Assembly (NCBI RefSeq): GCF_963921235.1
Contig: NC_086110.1
Coordinates: 37,944,001-38,008,000 of the forward strand
Direction of reading: 5' to 3'
Length of the DNA stretch: 64,000 nucleotides
Origin: Mobula hypostoma
Taxonomy: Eukaryota
Made by a program: the position numbers and the translations under genes. The notes under the pieces are model-generated. The model saw only the letters and a program-made list of their open reading frames with translations. It was not told the DNA's origin and ran no database searches. Numbering within the stretch: position 1 is the first letter of the stretch; each line of letters opens with the position of its first letter. This document shows positions 1 to 14,000 of the stretch, piece after piece.

Positions 1-810
1 TTGTACCACTAAACAGACCTTTACCTCCCCCTCCCCCACACTCTCTTGCTTTCTGCAGGGAATGCTCCCTTGTCCATTCGTCCCTCCCTGCTTATCTCCG
101 TCTAGGTACATACCCTGCAAGTGACACAAATGCTACACCTCCCGTTCACTTCCTCCCTTCCCTCCATTCAGGGCTCCAGGCAGGCCTCCCAGGTGAGGCA
201 ACACTTCACCTGCTAGTGCTCCTGATGCGGCCTCCTCTACATAGGTAAGATCTGACGTTAGCTAGGGGCTGCTTTGTCGTGCACCTCCGCTCCATCCACC
301 AAAAGTGGAATTTCCCAGTGGCCAACCATTTTAATCCCTCTGTCCATTCCCGTTTCAACATGTTATTCAATGAGGGTGGAGGAGCAACACCTCATATTCC
401 ATCTGGGTAGCCTCCAACCCAATGGCATGAATATAGATTTCTCCTTCCAGTAATTTCCCCCTCCCCCTTTCCTCTTCTATTCCCACTCTGGCCTCTTATC
501 TGTTCTTTTCACCTGCCTGTCATCTCCCTCGATGCCCCTTCTTCCCTTTCACCCACGGTCTACTCTCCTTTCCCATCAGATTCCTCCGTCTCCACTCCAT
601 TACCTTCCCCACTCACCTGACTTCATCTATCGCCTTCTCACCAGTCTTCCTTCTCCCCTCCTCCCTGCACCCACCTTTTCATTCTGGCATCTTCCCCCTT
701 CCTTTCCAAGTCCCAAAGAGGGATCTCTGCCTGAAACATCGACTGTTTATTAATTTCTATAGATGCTGCCTGACTTGCTGAGTTACTTCAGCATTTTTGT
801 TGTGTTACTA
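1..810 (+). mobile_element. Degenerate Penelope-like element, 3' part (GIY-YIG remnant, pyrimidine-rich UTR, terminal repeat)
   Basis: Collinear with the reverse complement of 17800-18700 (CAGGTGAGGCAACACTTCACCTG, CTGGGTAGCCTCCAACC, GAAACATCGACTG...TAGATGCTGCCTG). Confidence 0.8.
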
Positions 811-2159
811 TGGTTCTATGCTCGTAATTCTTTGCTGAATTTTAAAATCATCTATTTTGGAATAACTTTGACATTTCAGTCATTAGAATGACCAAATAGC
901 ATTTAACCTTAAGCCTCACTTGACTCCTTTTGATAGTGTTGAAAGAGGAAGTATTTTAATGATTAACTATTATTTGGTACATCAATAAATGGACAGATGT
1001 TACTGATAAATTGTCTTCAAAATGTTTTGAAATTTGCAAGTCTGAAATTAAACACACAGGTTTGTAGTACATACACTGCAATTTGTTTCAATTGCTCACA
1101 GGTGTCTGCCATAAGGTAACCACAGCAAATGAATCCTGTCAAACCTGTTATTTTGTACTCTATAACAAATGAAAAAGTGTTTTTGTTTTAAAAGAAGTAA
1201 ATTACAGCATGCAATATGGGTTGACTAAATGAAGTATCACGGTAACATTGATTATTTCTTTTCAAACTGAACAACTCCATTACAACACGTGGACTAATGT
1301 TGGTAAGATGATCACCATGCATTTGTACAATTGCATGAATCTGATTCAGTAATAATTGGTATGATAAAGTTTGAGAGAGATCTTCACAAATTTCTGTACA
1401 TACTACTGTGCCTGACTCTATGCAGAATAACTTTGATTAGTTACTCATAAGTTCACTGCTTACAGTAGCGGTCATTAGAGTCACTGAAAGAGTACAGAAA
1501 CAGCCCTTCAGCCCGTCAAATCCATGCTAACTGTCAATCAGCAAGTTTACACTAATCATGAACCTGTTATTTTATTCTCCCCACATTTGGCTTCTTATGT
1601 ATACATTATGGACAGTTTATAGCGGCCAGCTCAATCTATGAACCTACATGTTTTTGAGATGTGGAAGCAAACTAGAGTACTCAGGAAGTTCAAGTTTGTT
1701 TATTGTCATTTAACTGTACATGTATACAACCAAACGAAACAATGTTTCTCCAAGCCTCATGCACCTCTAATACATATATCAAACACAACATATAAAAATT
1801 CAAAATGCATGTGAAGTGCATAGAGTAGGTAAACAATAAATAGTAAACTGTCTTAGTGACAAGATCCCAATGGTGGCAGGGCATGCATCAATGTCACAAC
1901 CAAGAGGAAGAAGCTGTTGTCCAGTCTGGAAGTGCCAGTCCTGATGCTCCTGTATTGCCTTCCTGAAGGTAGTAGGTCAAAGGGCTAGGTGGTAGGGTTC
2001 CTTAACAGTGCTTTAAGTCCTTCATATACAAAGCATTAGAAATCTGCACAATCACAGGGAAATGTGCAAATTCTATACAGAGAGCACCAAAGGTCTGTAC
2101 TGAACCCAGGTCAACCCATGCAAGTGCAGTGCTGTATTTGCTGACGACACCACTATCAT

Positions 2160-3115
2160 TAGTCAAAACAACAATAGTTGGTGACGTATCAGCACGTCGT
2201 AAGGATATTGAAAATCTGGTTGAGTGGCGCTACAATGACAACCTTTCATTCAATGTTAGCAAAACCAAGGAGCTGATTATCAACTAAGGGAGGAAAAAGC
2301 CAGAGGTTTACGAGCCAGTCCTCATTAGGGTATCGGAAGTGGAGAGGGTAAGTGGCTTTAAATTCCTTGGACCAGCATACAAGTCTCATCACAAAGAAGG
2401 AACAACAGTTCTACTTTCTTAGAATTTCCTGTAGATTCAGCCAATCACCAATAACTTTGGCTAACTTCTACAGATGCAGAGTTGAGAGTAATCCTACTGG
2501 TTGCATCATGGCTGGTATGGATACATCAATGCCCGGGAATGGAAAATACTACAAAAGGTGATGTATATAGCCCCATCCATCACAGGGAAAGCCCTTTCCA
2601 CTATTGAATACAGTTACATGGAGCACTGCCAAAAGAAAGCAGCATCCATCATCAAGATGCTGCTTGGCCTGCTGCGTTCACCAGCAACTTTGATGTGTGT
2701 TGCTTGAATTTCCAGCATCTGCAGAATTCCTGTTGTTTCCATCATCAATAGCCTTCTTGTTACTACCATTGGGCAGGAGGTACAGACGCCTTAGATCCTA
2801 CACCACCAGGTTCACTAACAGTTATTACCCTATAATCATCAGGCTCCTGAAACAGCATGGATTACACCACTCACCACAGCTCTGAACTGATTCTATGACC
2901 CACAGACTCACTTCCAAGGACTCTTTTACAACTTGTTCTCAGCATTATTTCTTTCTATTTTCACAGTTGGTGTTCTTTTGCACATTGGTTGTTTGTCAGT
3001 CTTTGTGTAGAGTTTTCCATAAATTTTGTTATTATTTTTCCCTGTAAATGTGTGCAAAAAAATGAATCTCAAGGTAGTATATGGTAACACGTATGTACTT
3101 TGATAAGAAATATAC
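2160..3115 (+). mobile_element. Rex/Babar-type LINE 3' fragment interrupted by a Penelope terminus (~2655-2740)
   Basis: Frames encode LANFYRCRVES..TGCI, WYG....EWKILQKV and LLPLGRRYRRLRSYTTRFTNSYYP, typical of the C-terminus of Rex1/Babar RT ORFs. Confidence 0.75.
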
Positions 3116-3319
3116 CTTGATCCTTGAGTTCCCAGCTGTTGTGAGGCAGTATTTCCACTGTGACACCCAAGAAGTATTCCAAGCATTTCCTTAAAGTTGT
3201 GCTTACCTTTCACAATCTCAGTACAACCTCTGTTAAAGATAAAGACATCCAGCATTTTCCATAGTTATGCTGATAAGAACAGCTTGGCGTGTTGCAGGGT
3301 GGGAATTCCAGGATGGTAT

Positions 3320-3810
3320 ACAAGGCCATAAAGCACATGAGCAGAATTAAGTTATTAGGCCCATCAACTCTGCTCCACCATTAACCCATGGCTGATTTAT
3401 TATCCTTCTTAACCTCTATTCTCCTGCCTTCTCTTTGTAACCTATCTCACCCTGCCTAATCAAGAACCCATCAACCTCCACTTTAAGTATACCCAATGAC
3501 TTGGCCTCCACAGCCACCTGTGGCAATGAATTCCACAGGTTCACCACCCTCTGGCTAAAGAAATTCCTCCTTATCTCTGTTCTAAGGCTGTCCCCTCTTG
3601 TCCTAGACATGCCCACAATTTCCTCCCCACATCCACGTTTTCAATATTCACCAGGTTTCAATGAGATTCCCCCTCATTCCTCTAAACTCCAATGAGTTCA
3701 GGCCCAGAGCCATCAAACACTCCTCATACATTAACCTTTTCATTGCTGAAATCATTCTTGTGAAAATCCACTCCAATGCAAGCACATCTTTTCTTAGATA
3801 AGGGGTCTAA
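3320..3810 (-). mobile_element. CR1 LINE 3' fragment
   Basis: ORF 3416-3616 RTRGDSL..RRNFFSQRVVNLWNSLPQ is the CR1 ORF2 C-terminus. Confidence 0.85.
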
Positions 3811-5933
3811 AACAATGAGCTGCTACTTTCCAATGGGTACCTCACTTAGCTGAAGTGTTTGAATTGGGAAATACATCATCATGTTAACAGTGAACAACTT
3901 CTGCTGGTACGTCTAAGACCATAACTACAGTCAGGCGACCAGACCTCACTCGCAGGTGATTGAATGGCCACCTTCTCAGTGACCAAATCCTGCATCCTGA
4001 CAAAAGTAGCACACACATGGATACATCATTATCTGCAGTTTCCTCTAAGTCCCATACCACCCAAATGATGGATCTGATGTTGTCCAGAGGTTTCTTCAGA
4101 AATCAAGTGAAAGGCGCAAACCCAATGCCTACAGCCATATCATATTAGACGTTTCGTCATAATACAAGACGAGCAGCCTGAATCAGCAAGCAGGGCAAGA
4201 AGTAACTAAGGAATATGAGCATGTCCTTTCTTTTTATACAGCAAACTGATCTGAACTGCTGTAGTTACATACTGACTTGAGTCACACTTCAACTTTGCAG
4301 TAAAAGAAATATAAAACCTAATATAGGACAAGTTACTAAATATTTACAAACAGGTGATTTTACTAACATATAAACAAGCATAATGGAAGGTAAAGTTACA
4401 CAATAAAATCAACAAGCTGGACCAGAATCCAACACTGACTAGGAAATGCAGCGACGTTCCTGCAGTGTTGGGCAATATTCTGGATTAAACATCCATCAGA
4501 AGGAAGCACCTTCATTTAAAACAAATCTTTGCATATCCTTGCATAGATGATAATTGGATAGGACTTCTGTAGACATTTTTAGGTGCCGATCATTTGGGAT
4601 TATTTTGCTCTACCTGGTATTGTACAAAAGCATGATAAGATGCGCAACCATGAATAGACATGATTGGTCGTATGCACACTGAGGTGCTATGTTATAATTT
4701 TGTTATTGCTACAATGACTGGGTATCTTCAGAGTTTAAGTCAGCTTGGCAGTATCTTTCTCCAGTTACAACAGAGCAAGCACACAGTCATCGAGTAGCGG
4801 GTTGCATCTTTGAAGGAACTTCCCCCTCAGGCCAGCTGTGCCACTTGAGAATGCAAAACAAATCTCATTCTATGGCCATCATAGTTTTTATCATCCTAAT
4901 TTCTGGCACAGCCTGGCCTTCCTTATTCAATGTCATCTGTAAAAATCGATTTGTATGCAGCTTTAATTCTTCATTACAAATTTGGTCTCCATGCCAGCAT
5001 GAAATTGAATCTAAGACAGTGAATAATTGTGAAGATGGTGGCACTTCAATTTCAGCTATGAACTCACCACTCTTAGCTGTTCATAGCCAATTAGAACTAA
5101 TCTTCATCAGTTATTAAATTTGCCTTTTTGTATAGACCATGAAAATCAATGCAAGTTTTCTTTTAAATAGGATTCTGGATATACATTTAAATTCACTGAA
5201 AACAAAATGTATCCATTAAAAACCATTTCATGTGGAAGAATCAAGTAAAGAGAGTAAGTTACCAGGTGAACCATTAAAGGTGGCTGTTAGGGGTATGTTT
5301 TCAAGTGCAAATGGGATATTGTCAAATATTGGAATGCTCAAGAGATGAGTGTTTCCATTATGCAATGGCAAGTACTTAATTATGCAAGATTTAGCTTTCA
5401 GTTCTTTCAAACTATGTTAATATAAGACAATCAGATTGATCATGAAAGATGAGATGACTTCTAAATGTTTGTGGCGTTGCTTTTAATCTGATATATTAAT
5501 GTGTGCATTACAAAATGTTTTGATCAGAGCATATTTTCAGCAAGTCTATATTATGACAATGGTCCACAGATCTACAAGTATAGTCACAGTGGTGATTCCT
5601 GTTGTGTAATGTGGACATCCATTAACACTGAATATTGACAGGCTCTACCACTTTCCCTTGCAATATACCTCCACTTCTCACTGTTAAGAGTACACACACA
5701 ATTTGTGCTGAAGCTTATTAAAGACCCAGCATTTATTAGTGTTACTTCACATTGTTCTCAAGCCTTATCGTTTGCCAGATGAACCTTAATTTTACTTTAG
5801 GCATTCAGAACCATACTTATTTCTAAAATACAAAAGAAGGCTAATCAGCCCATTAGGCTGTCCTGGCTCACAATAGAGAAATCCCATCCACCTTCGCTCT
5901 ATCTCCTACCTTATTCTTTTCTTCTCTCGCATA

Positions 5934-7440
5934 CAGTGGCTATAAAAAGTATTCACCATCTTTGTAAGTTTTATGTTTTATTGTTTTACAACACTGAATC
6001 ACAGTGGATTTAATTTGGCTTTTTTAACACTGATCAACAGAAAAAGACACTTTTGTGTTAAGGTGAAAACAGTTCTCTACAAAGTGATCTAAATTAATTT
6101 CAAACATAAACACAGAATAATTGATTGTATAAGTATTCACCCCCTTCAAGTCATTATTTAGTAGATGCACCTTTGGCAGCAATTACAGCCTTGAGCCTGT
6201 GTGGATAGGTCTCTATCAGCTTTGCACAGCTGGACACTGCAATTTTTTCCCTATTTTTCTTTATAAACCTGCTCAAGCTCCATCAGATTGCATGGGGATT
6301 GTGAGTGAGCAGCCCTTTTCAAGTCCATCCACAAATTCTCAATTGGATTGAGAACTGGCCTCTAACTTGGCCACTCCAGGACATTAACTGTTGTTTTTAA
6401 GCCATTCCTGTGTAGCTTTGGCTTGATGCTTGGGGTCATTGTATTTCTGGAAAACAAATCTCCCAAGTTGCAATTCTCTTGCAGACTGCATCAGGTTTTC
6501 CTCCAGGATTTCCCTGTATCTTGCTGCATTCAATTTACCCTCTACCTTCACAAGCCTTCCAGGGCCTGCTGCAGTGAAGCATCCCCACAGCATGATACAG
6601 CCACCACCGTGCTTCACGGTAGGGATAGTGTGTTTTTGATGATGTGCGAAGTTCGGCTTATGCCAAACATAGCATTTAGTCTGATGGCCAAAGAGCTCAA
6701 TTTTGGTTTCATCAGACCATAGAACCTTCTTCCACATGCCTTCTGGCAAACTCTGGCTGAGATTTCATGTTTTTTTTTAAACAGAGGCTTTCTTTTTGCC
6801 ATTCTCCTATAAATCTGCGGCAACAGTTGTTATAAGCTCACTCTCTCCCATCTCAGCCACTGAAGCTTGTATGTCCTCCAGAGTTGTCCTGGTGGTGGTC
6901 TCTCTCACTAGTCCCCTTCTTGCATGGTCACTCAGTCTTTGAGGATGGCCTGCTCCAGGAAGATATACAGCAGTGCCATATTCTTTCCATTTCTTGATGA
7001 TTGACTTAACTTGTACTAAGGATATTCTCTGACTTGGGAATTTTCTTGTATCCATCTCCTGACTTGTGCTTTTCAATAACCGTGGAGTTCTTTTGTCTTC
7101 ATGGTGTAGTTTTTGCCAGGATACCGACTCACCAGCATTTGGATCTTCCAGATACAGGTGTATTTTTACTACAGTCAGTTGAAACTCCTTGACTGCACAT
7201 AGGTCAACAAAAGCAGATCTCCATCTAACTAATTATGTGACTTCTAAAACCAGCTGGCTGCACCAATGATGATTTGACGTGTCATGTTAAGGGGGGGGTG
7301 TGAATACTTATGCAATCAATTATCATGTGTTTTATATTTGTAATTAATTTTGGTCACCTTGTAGAGATGTTTTCACTTTGACATGAAAGAGTCTTTTTCT
7401 GTTGATCAGTGTCAAAAAAACCAAATAAATCCACTGTGGA
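5934..7440 (-). mobile_element. Tc1/mariner transposon (IR/DR type), degenerate
   Basis: TA|CAGTGG left end; ~200-bp inverted repeats with an internal AAGTATTCACC direct repeat (right one truncated). Transposase fragments WKKVLWSDETKIELFG, PTVKHGGGCIMLWGCF, FQKYNDPKH. Confidence 0.9.
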
Positions 7441-8018
7441 TTTACATGCCTACCAACATACTTTTGAGATGTGGGAGGAAACTGGAACTGATAGACAAGA
7501 ACATATGAAACACACACACACACACAAAGACCTGAGGTCAGGATCAAATCGAGACACCTAGTGTTGAGGCCACACTGACCTGCAGTGGGTGATCAGAACA
7601 TTTTTTTATTAGCATCTCTACTTAAAGTAACTCACCGTTAGTTAACTGTCAGATCTTAGAAAGCCAATTTTTGTTGTTTGCTCAGACCTTCTTCAAGATG
7701 ATTGAGTGGGCACCCCTGGCTGTGTATGCAACACTAGGAGTTGTCTCTTGGATGCAGCAGTCTCAGCATTACAAGTTACAAATTGCGACTGTATTAAATT
7801 ATAACATTGTGATTGTTTTGCAATTGAAATGAGGTAAGCTTGTTTAGAGAACATTTGTGGAATGTGGTTAAGTAGATATTTTTTCAGTAATTGTACAAGC
7901 GCTGTATTGCGATGAGCACACAAGTCTAGTTCTTCAAATTTTTAAGTCAGCTGTTGACTGCTGGAGTGGGGACAGGTGGTTTCTTTGGCCTCTGTGCTTC
8001 ATAAAATAAAACATACTC

Positions 8019-8340
8019 ATGAATTCTAATTCCAATAAGGATGGCAATCTGGTTCCAACGGAGGCACGTTCCAAGAAAGGATATATGGCTGTGATAGCGA
8101 GTCTGAGTCAAAATGTGGTCGAAAAGTTGAAGAGCCGAAGAAAAGATTTAAGATCCCGTCAAAGAGAAGATTTAAACTTCTTCAGTGTAGGCATCACCGG
8201 AAGAGGCTTCGCAGTAGTGAATTTAAAAACGCAAACACGAGGAGTTCTGCAGATGCTGGAAATTCAAGCAACACACATCAAAGTTGCTGGTGAACGCAGC
8301 AGGCCAGGCAGCAACTTTGATGTGTGTTGCTTGAATCTCC
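8019..8340 (-). mobile_element. Penelope-like element end with inverted terminal-repeat hairpin
   Basis: Shares the GCAACACACATCAAAGTTGCTGGTGAACGCAGCAGGCCAGGCAGCA terminus with 17800 and 23180; 32-bp arms 8258-8289 and 8309-8340. Confidence 0.65.
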
Positions 8341-8344
8341 AAGA

Positions 8345-9780
8345 GAGCCTTTTCTGGTTGGCTGCCGGTGAATAGTGGTGTTCTATGGGGGTCTGTACTG
8401 GGACTGATTCTCTTTACATTATATGTCAATGATTTGGATGATGAAATTGATTGCTTTGTTGCAAAGTTTGCAAACGATACGAAGATAGGTGGAGGGCCAG
8501 GGAGTTTTGAGGAAATAGAGGCTATAGAATACAGTGTCAGGAAGTGTATGGTCATGCACTTTGGTAGAAGAAATCAAAGGGTTGACTATATTCTAAATGG
8601 AGAGAAAATACAAAAAACTAAGGCACCAAGGGATTTGGGAGTACTCGTACAGGATTCTCTGAAGGTTAACTTGCAGGTTGTGTTGAGGAAAGCAAGTGCA
8701 ATGTTAGCCTTCATTTCAAGAAGACTAGAATATAAAAGCAACAATGTAATGCTGAAACTTTATAGAGCACTGGTGAACCTTCACTTGGGGTATAGTGAGC
8801 AGTTTCGGCCCCCCTATCCGAGAAATGATGTGCTGAAATTGGAGTGGGTTCAAAGGAGGTTTGAGAAAATTATTCTAGGATTAAATGCTTTCATACGGCA
8901 GGATACTTGGTAGTGTGGAGGAGCAGAGGGATCTGGGGGTACATGTCTACAGATCCCTGAAAGTTGCCTCACAGGTAGATAGGGTAGTTAAGAAAGCTTA
9001 TGGGGTGTAAGCTTTCATAAGTCGAGGGATAGAGTTTAGGAATCGCGGGGTAATGATGCAGCTCTATAAAACTCTGGTTAGGCCACACTTGGAGTACTGT
9101 GTCCATTTCTGGTTGCCTCACTACAGGAAGGATGTGGAAGCTTTGTAAAGGGTACAGAGGAGATTTACCGGGATGCTGCCTGGTTTAGAGAGTATGCATT
9201 ATGATCAGAAATTAAGGGAGTTAGGGCTCTACTCTTTGGAGAGAAGGATGAGAGGAGACATGATAGAGGTATACAAGATATTAAGAGGCATAGATAGAGT
9301 GGACAGCCAGTGCCTCTTCCCCAGGGCTCCACTGCTCAGTACAAGAGGACATGGCTTTAAGATAAGGGGTAGGAAGTTCAAGGGGGATATTAGAAGAAGG
9401 TTTTTTACTCAGAGAGTGGTTGGTGCGTGGAATGCACTGCCTGAGTCAGTGGTGGAGGCAGATACACTAGTGAAATTTAAGAGACTACTAGACAGGTATA
9501 TAGAGGAATTTAAGGTTGGTCGGGGTTATATGGGAGGTAAGGTTTAAGGGTCGGCCCAACATTGTGGGCTGAAGGGCCTGTATTGTGCTGTACTATTCTA
9601 TATTCTATGTTCTATATGAAGAGCGTTTAATGGCTCTGGGCCTGTATTCTGGTCTTCAGAAGAATGATTGGTGACTAACTGAAACCTATCGAATAGTGGA
9701 AGGCCTATGGTGGGAGTGTCTACAACCAAAGGACACAGCCTCAGAATAGAGGGGTGTCCTTTTAAAACCAAGATGAGATA
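8345..9780 (+). mobile_element. Two nested CR1 LINE fragments (inner element ~8895-9615)
   Basis: RT motifs GVLWGSVLGLILFTLYVNDL, KFANDTKIG, HLGYSEQF. The inner copy (ORF 9173-9547) ends in a (TATTC/TATGTTC)n tail, after which the outer copy resumes at TATGAAGAGCG. Confidence 0.85.
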
Positions 9781-9784
9781 GAAT

Positions 9785-10340
9785 ACTGTACTGTAGGCAG
9801 CCGTTGATCTCAGGGGATTATAGGTTTGCGCCTCAGTGGACTGGGTGGGAAGATTTGAAGAACCAGCTGTTGCCCATGCAGCAGGTTTCCCCTCTCCACG
9901 TCACTGATGTAGTCCAAGGGAAGGGCAAGCGCTGATACAGCTTGGCACCGGTGTTATCGCAGAGGTTGTCAGAGGGAAGTTGTAAACAACAACAAACTGC
10001 CATAGGGACCCTGGCTCCGGATTTCTTCTTCAGGATTTACTCCTGATGCCTTTCCCATGCTTGGGTATGGCCACAAGGCAGTGGAGGTTTAAAGTTAGAG
10101 TTTTCCTTCTCCTAAGTGGGCTGCCATCCGAGGCTGATGAGCCCCACCTGCCGGTAGCAACTGGTTTTGAGGTGGCAGTGGACCTTTGCTCCTCGTCCGT
10201 AGAAACAGTTCCACCGGGCCTAGTAGCTAAGTTACACATGGCCAAGAGGTGGACTTGATTGTCAGAGGCTGTTAGTGACACGTCATTTGGAGCACTTTAT
10301 AGGTAGTGGGAGCTTATCCCCACTACCACCCCTGGCTATG
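9785..10340 (-). mobile_element. Non-autonomous RTE-like element (5'UTR-like body with short 3' tail)
   Basis: GGATGGCAGCCCACTTAGGAGAAGGAAAACTCT...AAACC motif resembles RTE 5'UTRs; the 3' half is shared with the SINE at 25888-26202; no ORF. Confidence 0.5.
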
Positions 10341-10344
10341 ACAA

Positions 10345-10720
10345 CCCTAGGAACCTAGATATCTGTAGAAATTTGTAAATGTTTTTGGTGACATACCAAG
10401 TCTTCTCAAATTCCAAATGAAATATAGTCACTGTCATGCTTTTATTTATAATTGCATCAATATAATTGACATGCAGGAACTTGAAACTGCTCACCTGTTC
10501 CACTGCTGATCCCTCGATGAGCATGTGTTCCTCAACTTCCCTTTCTGAAGTCCACAAGCATTTCCTTGATGTTCCAGACACAGAGTGCAAGATTTTTGTT
10601 GCAACACCACTCAAACAGCTGATCTATCTGATTCCCGTATGGCTCCTCGTCACTATCTGAAGTTCTGCCAGCAACGTCGTTGGCAACTAGTTGTATCATA
10701 GAATGGAGATGCCTATCATA
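10345..10720 (-). mobile_element. Rex/Babar-type LINE fragment
   Basis: Frames encode WCCNKNLAL.V..IKEMLVDFRK and IEGSAVEQVSSFKFL. Confidence 0.7.
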
Positions 10721-10844
10721 TTCTAAAGCTAATTTCAACCGATATGCATGTATATGTTGTTAAGGTATCAATCTCAGAAATCCAGACCTTTTCCCCTAAA
10801 TTTTCAAAGTAACAGACTGTATTTCAATTATTTTTCTTTTAGAA

Positions 10845-10850
10845 TTTATT
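10845..10850 (-). promoter_or_regulatory. Candidate poly(A) signal (AATAAA) of the BtpA-family gene
   Basis: TTTATT on the + strand about 220 nt downstream of the stop codon, in AT-rich non-repeat sequence. Confidence 0.45.
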
Positions 10851-11071
10851 AGTAACATTTTACAATCAAAAGCTGTGTAAGTGTGACTGAAACTGCAGTT
10901 AAATACATTAAAATTAATACAGACCATAAAAATGCACAACATATAAACAGAAAAGGATAGAAAAACAAATCAAAGAATAGTGAATGCGGGTGCAACAGAA
11001 TTAATTTAGTTTGCTTGATGTACAGGTTTCTTTCAATAAACAGTTGTAGATTTATCTTGCAGTTTTACATT

Positions 11072-14000
11072 TCATTTCCTCAGCTGATGCATTTTTGACA
11101 TAAATTTCTTAATCCGTTCGGGGTCAAGTTCATTGGCCCAGTATCCTGCTCTTTTAAAATGTGAGCCAATAATGAAGGCATCAGCGTCCATGTACTGCTC
11201 CATGTTTTCATAGGTCACACCAGAGCCGATGAGGACAGGAATTTTTAAAGCCTGTTTAACCTCTGCAAAGAATGCCAGAGATGCAATTAAAACAAATAAC
11301 CCGTATCCCTTGAGGACTGATAATCCAGATGTTATAGTGCAGTATTAAATTGTTTTATGCTGCAGAACACAAAATGGAATCCATGTAGAAAAAGGCAGAG
11401 CATATGAATTCAGAACTTTTATTTCATGAAATTTAATTAGTTTACCTGTGGAGTGGTAGAAGGGAGAAAACTGAAAGCTTCAAGGAACAACTATAGAAAA
11501 GCAAAGCTCAAAGAATAATGGTAAAAAAAGGATTCTCAACAAGAGGATTAAATAATCAGATGCTATGGTAGCGTAGGGGTTAGTGTGACACTATTAAAGC
11601 TCAGGGGTGTCAAAGTTTGGAGTTCAAATCTGACGTCATCTGAAAGGAGTCTGTACATCCTCCCTATGGAATACATGGGTCTTCTCCGCACCCTCCAGTT
11701 TGCTCCCAGTGTCCAAAGACATACTGGTTAGTGGGTTAACTGTCATTGTAAACTGCCCCATGATTAGGCTAGGGTTAAACTGTGGTTGCTGGGCAACGTG
11801 GCTCAAAGGACCGGAAGGGCCTATTCTGCACTGCATTTCTAAGTAAATAAAATAATGGATCTTTTGAATTGAAATCTAGAATCAAATTGTCAAGGACAGA
11901 AAGTTAGGAAAGAAGCAGAATGCAGAACAGATGCCTCGGAACGTTTTGACCTTCAAGCTTCCAAATAATGTTTGATTCACTGGGGATGATCAGAATAATA
12001 ATGATAAACCTAATAATTTTTACCCGACTAAACATATTGTTTTAGTTAGGATTACCAATGTAAGGCGGCCAAATGAAGGTAAATAGTATCTTTGGTGGGA
12101 AAGGATACATACTATGCAAGCTCTTTGACCATACCTTTTATCAACTTAGTACTCTGGGACAATTTCCCATCTGAGAGAACTGTATGACAGATTCATGCAA
12201 CCGTAACCCTATCAGTTAACACCAATAGTAGGAAACAGGATAAAAACATAAAATGCTGGAAACACTTAGTGGGTCAGCAACTGTGAAAAGAAACAACTAT
12301 TAATGTTTCAAATTGAAGAGCCTTCACCAGACAAGCACAGGATATCTCACCGACGTTAAATAAAATCAAAAGATTAGCTGTATGCATATTAACGGTATTT
12401 TCTGATCAGACACAGAACAGTGTGCTCACAATTTTAAGATAAAGAAAGTCAGCCCTAGGTTCAGAGACGGCGGGAACTACTTGGAGACAGTATTCCAGCA
12501 GACAATCAGCTATATTAGGTTAACTATCTCTTAACTGACATAGGGAGAGGGGTAGGATGATGTGACTGCAAGCAGGCAATAGAAGGATCCAAAGAAGCCT
12601 CAGCCCTGGTACTGTTCAACAGGTTTGAACTTTAACTGGGATATGAGTAGAAACTTTTTCACACAAAGGAGAGTGGATATATGTAACTATATACCAAAGG
12701 AAGTTCTAGAGGCAGGTACAATTACAATGTTTAAAAGACATCTGGATATAAATAGCTTAGAGAGGTATGGGCTAAACACAGGTAAATGGGATTAGCTTGG
12801 AAAGACGTATTTGGCATGGACAAGATGGGCTGAAGGGCCTGTTTTCATGCTGTATGTCTCTGTGGACCCATTGGCTGAAAATTTTCAAAACTAATTAAAT
12901 TTTGCAAGAGTACCAGATGATTGGAAAACAGCCAATGTAACTCTCTTATTCAAAAACAGAGGAAGAAAGGCAGTGAACTATAGGCCAGTTAGTTAACGCC
13001 TAATGTTGGCTACGTGCGAGAGTCAATAATCAAAAGAGGAAATAACTAATCATTTAGAAAAGCGAGTTCTTAAATCAAGTTTGACAAATTAGCTCAAATT
13101 CTTTTGGCGATGTGACATGGAGAGCTAATAGATGGGAGAGCTGTAAAACATAGTTAAAAAGTATTTGACAAGGTGCCACAAAGTAGTCTGCTGCATAAAT
13201 TAAGAGTCCAAGGTATTGGCGGAAGTTTGTTGGCGTAGACTGAAAATGGGCTGTCACATCAAAGAATTACAATGCATTCATCCTTTTCAGGCTAGAGTAC
13301 TGCAGGTAAAGATTCTTGACCAACAATTGTTTCCTGCTTATTATTAAATCAGCAGGAGGAGGGGAAAAATTGTGAGCTTTCCATGTTTGGCATTGACAAG
13401 AAAACGGGTACAGTAGATGAGAACTTTGTGATTTTACAATGGGATACATGTGGACAAAAATCTGACAAATGCAGGTTAATATGGGAAGGTATGAGGTCAG
13501 GCATTTTGACAAGAGGAATGAAAAGGCAGATTATTATCTAAATAGAGGAAGGTTGCAAGAAAGTGACGTTTAGAGAAATCTGAATGTTGTTGTGCATGAA
13601 TAACAAAAGGTTAGCAGGAAGGTCCACCAAGCAGTTAAGAAGGGGCATATTGAGTTTCTCAACTGCTTTGAAGGGGTTGGAATTGAGAACAGACAGGCTT
13701 TGTTATCATAGTACAGGACTTTGGTGAGGCCACATCTGGAATACTGGCTCTCTTAATTAAAACAAATAAGCTTGGCATCAATACAAAGGAGATTTATCAG
13801 GCTAATTCTTGAGATGAGAAGGTTGTCCTACCAATAAAGGCTAGACAATTTAGGATTCATATTTCTTATAGTTTAGAAGAATAACTGGCGTTGTTATTCA
13901 AACATGTAAAATCCTAAGAAGCGCTTGACAAATTAATCCTGAGATGTTTTCACGAATGAGAGTCACAAGCAAAGGGCATACCTACAAAATAAGAGGCCAA

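Noticed and set aside
3830-5900. Non-repetitive stretch with short ORFs (3960-4148, 4845-5117); possible exons of a neighbouring gene such as C19orf12
   Set aside because: No recognisable protein similarity or consistent splice-supported frame by eye. It could be UTR or conserved non-coding sequence and needs BLAST or RNA-seq.
6384-7076. Active Tc1 transposase
   Set aside because: Split across frames, the D of the DNDPKH motif is altered, and one inverted repeat is truncated.
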